This document shows, in pieces, positions 27,470 through 32,000 of a DNA stretch of 32,000 nucleotides. The notes under the pieces are model-generated. The model was not told the origin of the DNA and did no database searches. It saw only the letters and a program-made list of their open reading frames with translations. Location of the stretch: contig LYOS01000001.1 in the NCBI GenBank assembly GCA_001766815.1, positions 360,001 to 392,000 on the forward strand. Direction: 5' to 3'. How positions within the stretch are numbered: the first letter of the stretch is position 1; every line of letters starts with the position of its first letter. The position numbers were made by a program, and so were the translations under genes. The DNA comes from Candidatus Syntropharchaeum caldarium (lineage in GTDB: Archaea; Halobacteriota; Syntropharchaeia; Syntropharchaeales; Syntropharchaeaceae).

Positions 27470-28516
27470 ATGAGGACTGGAATCATAAGCTATGGTGCCT
27501 ATATCCCAGAATACAGGATCAAGATCGAAGATATCGCACGGACGTGGGGAAAAGTTCCAGAGGAGATTAAAAGTGGATTGAACATTCATGAGAAGTCAGT
27601 TCCAGATCAGGACGAGGATACGGTAACAATAGCAGTAGAAGCTTCAAGATATGCGATAAAAAGGGGGTCAGTGGATGTTGATCGTATTGGTGCAATCTAT
27701 GTTGGGTCTGAGAGCCACCCATATGCGGTAAAACCGAGTGCAACGATTTTATCAGCAGCTATCGGTGCAAAGAATGCGATAACAGCCGCAGACTTTGAGT
27801 TCGCATGTAAAGCAGGGACTGCTGCAATACAGGCGCTGATGGGCATCTCGGCATCAGGTATAATCGATTACGGGCTTGCTGTTGGGGCTGACACCTCACA
27901 GGGTGCACCGGGCGATGCGCTTGAGTACGGCGCTGCTGCGGGTGGTGCTGCCTTCATAATTGGGAGCGATCCTGCCGAGTTTCTCGTTGAGATCGAAGCG
28001 ACATGCTCCTTTACAACAGATACGCCAGACTTCTGGCGACGAGAGGGGGCAGAGTATCCATCTCATGGTGGAAGGTTCACGGGCGAGCCAGCTTACTTCA
28101 AGCACGTGACAGGTGCAACCACCATGTTGCTTGATGCGATCGGTGCAAAGCCATCTGACTTCAAGTATGCCGTATTCCATCAGCCAAACGGGAAGTTTCC
28201 GCTGCGAGTTTCAAAGAAACTTGGATTCACGACAGAACAGATCAAACCCGGGTTTCTTGTACCGAGAATCGGCAACACATATTCTGCCTCATCGCTTCTC
28301 GGACTTGCTGCAACGCTCGATGTGGCAAAACCCGGAGATCGAATTCTTATGACTTCATTTGGATCTGGGGCGGGATCAGATTCGTTCAGCTTCCGTGTAA
28401 CAGAGAGAATCGATGACCTGCGGGACCGTGCGCCAAAGGTTGAGGATTTCATTGCAAACCGAAAGTATCTTGATTACGGGCTTTATGCCAAGTACAAAGG
28501 GAAGATAATTCTGTGA
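27470..28516 (+). CDS. Hydroxymethylglutaryl-CoA synthase (archaeal type)
   Basis: 348 aa. [15 protein letters not shown]-terminus, catalytic-Cys region [12 protein letters not shown], and FHQPNGKF. Confidence 0.92.
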   Translation: MRTGIISYGAYIPEYRIKIEDIARTWGKVPEEIKSGLNIHEKSVPDQDEDTVTIAVEASRYAIKRGSVDVDRIGAIYVGSESHPYAVKPSATILSAAIGAKNAITAADFEFACKAGTAAIQALMGISASGIIDYGLAVGADTSQGAPGDALEYGAAAGGAAFIIGSDPAEFLVEIEATCSFTTDTPDFWRREGAEYPSHGGRFTGEPAYFKHVTGATTMLLDAIGAKPSDFKYAVFHQPNGKFPLRVSKKLGFTTEQIKPGFLVPRIGNTYSASSLLGLAATLDVAKPGDRILMTSFGSGAGSDSFSFRVTERIDDLRDRAPKVEDFIANRKYLDYGLYAKYKGKIIL

Positions 28517-28523
28517 GGTTTTT

Positions 28524-29690
28524 ATGCGCGAGGTTGCGATTATTGGGGTTGGATGTACAAAGTTTGGTGAACTATGGGATTCATCTTTCGGGGATCTTGT
28601 TGTTGAGGCTGGAATAAAAAGTGTTATAGATGCTGGTATCCGTGGGGATGAGATTGAAGCGATATACCTTGGCAATATGAGCGCAGGGATGTTCATCGAA
28701 CAGGAGCATATCGGGGCGATTGTTGCGGACCGTGTTGGGCTTGCATCCGATCTTCATATACCCTCGACCAGGGTTGAGGCAGGATGTGCATCGGGCGCGC
28801 TTGCACTCAGGCACGGCATCATGGCAGTTGCATCGGGCTGGCATGATATTGTGATCGCTGCAGGGGCCGAGAAGATGACCGATGTTCCGTCAGGAGTTGC
28901 TGAAGGTGCGCTTGCATCATCCGCCGATCGTGAGTGGGAAGGGGTCAACGGTGCAACGCTTGCAAGTCTCTTTGCGATGATGGCACGGGCACACATGAAA
29001 CGATATGGCACAACTCGTGAACAGATGGCGATGGTAAGCGTTAAAAATCATGAAAATGCATCTCTGAACCCGCTCGCACAGTATAGAAATAAGATTACGG
29101 TTGATGCTGTTTTAAACTCAGGTAAGGTTGCAGAACCACTTCGGGTTCTTGATTGCGCTTCGATCGCAGATGGTGCAGCAGCATGCGTCCTTGCTCCGCT
29201 TGAGATTGCAGAAAAATACACGGACACACCTGTTAAGGTGCTTGCATCATCACAGGCAAGCGATACGGTTGCACTGCATGATCGCAGAGATATCACAACG
29301 ATGGATGCGACGGTATACGCTGCAAAGCGGGCATTCGAGATGGCGAGGATTTCACCAGCACAGATCGATCTCGCAGAGGTCCATGATAGTCACACAATAT
29401 CTGAGATCATAGCAATCGAGGACCTTGGGTTTGTGAAGAAGGGCGAGGGGGGAAGGGTCGTTGAATCTGGAGAGACAGCACGCACAGGTTCGATGCCTAT
29501 CAACCCGAGCGGAGGGCTCAAGGGGTGTGGCAATCCGTTGGGCGCAACCGGGGTCAGACAGGCGATAGAGATAGTCTGGCAACTTCGTGGTGAAGCAGGA
29601 GATAGACAGGTCAATGATGCAAAGATAGGGCTCACCCATAACGTCGGAGGAAGCGGAGGAAGCGCGGTTGTTCATATTTTTTCTATATAA
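28524..29690 (+). CDS. Acetyl-CoA acetyltransferase (archaeal acetoacetyl-CoA thiolase)
   Basis: 388 aa. VAIIGVGCTKFGE, catalytic Cys in VEAGCASGALAL, EVHDSHT, and C-terminal NPSGGLKGCGNPLGATG. Starts 7 nt after the HMGCS stop. Confidence 0.9.
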   Translation: MREVAIIGVGCTKFGELWDSSFGDLVVEAGIKSVIDAGIRGDEIEAIYLGNMSAGMFIEQEHIGAIVADRVGLASDLHIPSTRVEAGCASGALALRHGIMAVASGWHDIVIAAGAEKMTDVPSGVAEGALASSADREWEGVNGATLASLFAMMARAHMKRYGTTREQMAMVSVKNHENASLNPLAQYRNKITVDAVLNSGKVAEPLRVLDCASIADGAAACVLAPLEIAEKYTDTPVKVLASSQASDTVALHDRRDITTMDATVYAAKRAFEMARISPAQIDLAEVHDSHTISEIIAIEDLGFVKKGEGGRVVESGETARTGSMPINPSGGLKGCGNPLGATGVRQAIEIVWQLRGEAGDRQVNDAKIGLTHNVGGSGGSAVVHIFSI

Positions 29691-29701
29691 GAGGTTGATT
29701 G

Positions 29702-30478
29702 ATGTGTGAGATAAATCCAATAATCGGCGAGCCTGCTGCTATTGTGGAGAATCGTGAACGTACACTTGTGATCGCTGATATTCATCTTGGCATCGAGGTT
29801 GAGCTTTCAGGTTTTGGCTTGCATATCCCCAATCAGACGGAGAAGCTTTTAAACAGAATTCTCAAGTATATACTTGATTCAAAACCTGATCGGATGGTTA
29901 TTCTTGGAGATTTAAAGCATAACATACCTTTGGCAAGCAGGATCGAGGAGTACGGTCTACCAGAGCTTCTTAATGGAATCTTAAAGCATACCATGATTGA
30001 TATTATCCCTGGAAACCATGATGGAAAGATAGGAGATCTACTACCAGCTCACAAAAATATAACGCTTCACGGTGTGGAGGGTGCAGTTATAGATGGGGTT
30101 GGATACTTCCATGGGCATGCCTGGCCATCCGAAGAGGTTCTGGGTGCAGAACACCTCATGATGGGGCATAATCACCCTGTAATCCAGTTTGCGGATAAGT
30201 TCGGGTACACACTCCATAGACGTGTCTGGATTCGAGCAAAATGCAACTTTGACCTGCTAAAAGCTCACTATCCAACGCTAAAGGATTGGCATGATCCTTA
30301 CTGTACAATTATGCCTGCATTCAACGAACTCTGTGGTGGTATCACGTTTAACACAAAACAGGGAGAAGATCTGCTCGGTCCTATGAGTTCACATATCCTC
30401 CTGATAGACGAGGCGGAGGTATACCTCCTGGATGGAACGTCGATCGGTAAAATTGGTGATATCAAGAGGGAACAATAA
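29702..30478 (+). CDS. Metallophosphoesterase, archaeal SbcD/Mre11-related (COG1407-like)
   Basis: Motifs ADIHLG, ILGDLKH, GNHD, GHAWP and GHNHP. ATG 29702 is preferred over the TTG at 29699. SD GAGGTTGA lies upstream. Confidence 0.75.
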   Translation: MCEINPIIGEPAAIVENRERTLVIADIHLGIEVELSGFGLHIPNQTEKLLNRILKYILDSKPDRMVILGDLKHNIPLASRIEEYGLPELLNGILKHTMIDIIPGNHDGKIGDLLPAHKNITLHGVEGAVIDGVGYFHGHAWPSEEVLGAEHLMMGHNHPVIQFADKFGYTLHRRVWIRAKCNFDLLKAHYPTLKDWHDPYCTIMPAFNELCGGITFNTKQGEDLLGPMSSHILLIDEAEVYLLDGTSIGKIGDIKREQ

Positions 30479-30981
30479 TGTGGGGGGAGGTCCTGGAGAA
30501 GTTTAATCGATTTCCAGCACAGCAACGGGTGATTTCTCTCATGCTTGAGAATGGCTTTGGCATCAGTCCAGGCGGGCGCATCAGGGCAGGAAAGATCGAG
30601 ATCTCCCACACAGATGTTGCAAGGGCTGTAGGAGTTGATCGAAGAGTGATTGATGCCACAATCAAAAATATAATGGCTGATGAAAGTTTAAGAACAATAT
30701 TTGAGAATATGCGTGCGATTCCACTTCTCAGAGATCTTGCGCCACTCCTAAATCTGGGCGTGATCGTGATCGAGCCGCATGATGCAACGGATGTGGGCAT
30801 ACTCGGTGCGGTTGCTGGCACGATCGCATCACATGGGCTTTCAATTCGCCAGGCAGTCTCTGATGACCCTGTTTTTACGGATGAACCAAGACTCACGATT
30901 GTAACAGATCCCGAGATACCACCAGAGCTGATACGGGATCTCAAAAAGATTCCTGCGGTCAAGGGAGTTACGATCTACTAA
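30478..30981 (+). CDS. Putative HTH plus ACT-domain regulator (COG2150-like regulator of amino acid metabolism)
   Basis: 167 aa. The N-terminal part is HTH-like (ISHTDVARAVGVDRRVIDATI). The C-terminal ~75 aa look like an ACT fold (GVIVIEPHDATDVGILGAVAGTIASHGLSIRQ). ATG overlaps the upstream TAA (TAATG). Assignment is from memory of the family. Confidence 0.55.
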   Translation: MWGEVLEKFNRFPAQQRVISLMLENGFGISPGGRIRAGKIEISHTDVARAVGVDRRVIDATIKNIMADESLRTIFENMRAIPLLRDLAPLLNLGVIVIEPHDATDVGILGAVAGTIASHGLSIRQAVSDDPVFTDEPRLTIVTDPEIPPELIRDLKKIPAVKGVTIY

Positions 30982-31037
30982 TTGAACCCGATCAATTCGA
31001 AGATGGGTTAGTTAATCTCTCTAAAAGGAGGAGGTTT

Positions 31038-31162
31038 GAGGTGAAAAGCTGGATGCCATACCCTTTTGGAAGAGATTTGCGGGTTTTCTCATAAGGAGTT
31101 GTTGTGATGTACAGGTAACACCCACACCAGTTTCACCTCTACCTGGCAGAAGTCCTGTCTGC
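31038..31162 (+). other. Candidate structured RNA element (three abutting helices) in a long convergent intergenic region
   Basis: Helix A: 31038-31052 GAGGTGAAA(AG)CTGG pairs with 31127-31139 CCAGTTTCACCTC (13 bp). Helix B: 31112-31117 CAGGTA pairs with 31140-31145 TACCTG. Helix C: 31146-31150 GCAGA pairs with 31158-31162 TCTGC. A T5 run at 31193-31197 follows. Confidence 0.3.
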
Positions 31163-31267
31163 AAGAAGTGTACACGCTTATTGGTAATAAACTTTTTGGT
31201 TATAGTAGCATTAAATTAGAATATATTTGTATAAAAGTCTACCATTAATCTGCTGCCTGATCTTATA

Positions 31268-31279
31268 TTTTTTGATTTT
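31268..31279 (+). terminator. Oligo-T tract (T6 then T4), archaeal terminator-like for plus-strand transcripts
   Basis: TTTTTTGATTTT. Only the plus strand carries T runs here. The minus strand offers no comparable T run for the aminotransferase gene. Confidence 0.25.
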
Positions 31280-31397
31280 GATACAATAGATCCATGTTCA
31301 GGTCATACCTCGCCTTCATAGCACTAAGTGGCGGATTACTTGCGGGTGAGGCGGGTTATAACTTCTAAATCTATGGCTTAATGCTCCTCTCAAAATC

Positions 31398-32000
31398 TCA
31401 AATAAGCATACCTTCAGAGATTCGCTCAACTGCCACCTTAATCCTCTCCACATCTTCCGTCAACGCAAACCGCACAAAACCCTCTCCATGCGCGCCAAAT
31501 CCAACCCCGGGTGTTACAACAATCCCGCATTTTGAGAGGAGCATCTCAGTATATGACATCGAGTCATAGCCCTCAGGCACAGGTGCCCAGACGTAGAATG
31601 TAGCAAGTGGCGGCTCAAGACCCAGTCCTCTGCAGAGCACATCTCTTCTTTCTCTATAAATCGCGCTGTTCTCACCTGCAACTGCATCCGCGATCTCAAG
31701 CGCCTTTATCCCTGCCAGCTGCACCGCCTCAAAGATACCAGAGTCAATGTTTGTCTTGACCTTCAAAAGCCCTGCAAGAATATCCGGGTTTCCAAGTGCG
31801 TACCCGATTCGCCATCCTGTCATGTTACACGTCTTTGAGAGCGAGTTGAACTCAATCCCAACGTCCCGTGCACCATCGACCTCAAGAAAGCTTAAAGCGC
31901 GGGTACCATCATATACGATCTCGCTGTAAGGATTATCGTGGCACACGATGATATTGTGTTCCTTTGCAAAATCTACAACCTCTTTGAAGAACGCCTCGTC
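31398..32000 (-). CDS. Class I/II PLP-dependent aminotransferase (LL-diaminopimelate / aspartate aminotransferase-like), C-terminal ~200 codons; 5' end beyond window
   Basis: PLP-lysine motif SLSKTCNMTGWRIGY and C-terminal GEGFVRFAL. The reading frame stays open to position 32000 (…EAFFKEVVDFAKEHNIIVCHDNPY). Confidence 0.85.
   Translation of the reverse strand, partial: DEAFFKEVVDFAKEHNIIVCHDNPYSEIVYDGTRALSFLEVDGARDVGIEFNSLSKTCNMTGWRIGYALGNPDILAGLLKVKTNIDSGIFEAVQLAGIKALEIADAVAGENSAIYRERRDVLCRGLGLEPPLATFYVWAPVPEGYDSMSYTEMLLSKCGIVVTPGVGFGAHGEGFVRFALTEDVERIKVAVERISEGMLI

Noticed and set aside
30462-30962. 166-aa minus-strand ORF opposite the ACT-regulator gene.
   Set aside because: The plus-strand product has an HTH/ACT-like sequence and a TAATG coupling to the upstream gene. 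The minus-strand product is Ser/Ile-rich and low-complexity.
31040-31219. 59-codon open frame without any ATG, GTG or TTG start (…SCCDVQVTPTPVSPLPGRSPVCKKCTRLL…), considered as a decayed zinc-ribbon (for example DUF35) pseudogene. Also a 47-codon TTG-initiated minus-strand frame in the same place.
   Set aside because: There is no start codon, no recognisable family similarity, and it is too short to judge. It is reported only as part of the noncoding-region finding.
1-32000. Looked for CRISPR repeats, transposases, integrases, toxin-antitoxin pairs, restriction-modification or other defence-island signatures, and for rRNA genes.
   Set aside because: None seen. The window is conserved housekeeping and core metabolism with high coding density. 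There are no long direct or inverted repeats visible by eye and no regularly spaced repeat array.

Overview
This is a dense (about 96% coding) archaeal chromosomal core segment. The protein families look euryarchaeal (Methanosarcinales, ANME or Archaeoglobus type), but the taxon cannot be fixed from this window. I call 41 protein genes and one tRNA-Ser(CGA). Two genes are cut by the window edges, and one (ribosomal protein S27ae, 49 aa) is missing from the supplied ORF track.

Gene content in order:
- map, larC, RNase P Rpp21
- a TIM-barrel gene plus an orphan AcnX small subunit
- a CBS-ParB/Srx fusion
- a tight HDAC / SagB-nitroreductase / DUF373 / core-MetE-like cluster
- a HisA/HisF paralog, cobQ, tRNA-Ser
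- a membrane protein, DUF763, dodecin
- pstSCAB
- a 14-gene co-directional array on the minus strand: psmA-sdo1-rrp4-rrp41-rrp42-trm5-ftsZ-secE-spt5-rps24e-rps27ae-GT2-hisI-abce1
- a HAD hydrolase and an Isf-like flavoprotein with a zinc-ribbon tail
- an HMG-CoA synthase / thiolase / metallophosphoesterase / ACT-regulator operon
- a 416-bp noncoding gap, then a class I aminotransferase

I saw no rRNA, CRISPR array, transposase, integrase, or recognisable toxin-antitoxin or defence gene. I cannot point to a convincing self-contained novel system.

The best leads are:
1. The unusually long convergent intergenic region 30982-31397, which has abutting helices and an SD/anti-SD-like 13-bp pairing.
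2. The mevalonate operon, which lacks the usual DUF35 scaffold gene and is coupled instead to a phosphoesterase and an ACT regulator.
3. The CBS-ParB/Srx fusion.
4. The four-gene HDAC-SagB-DUF373-MetE-like cluster, whose MetE-like member appears to lack one zinc-ligand cysteine.
5. The Isf-like protein with a CxxC...CxxC extension.

All family assignments come from motif recognition by eye. No searches were run.
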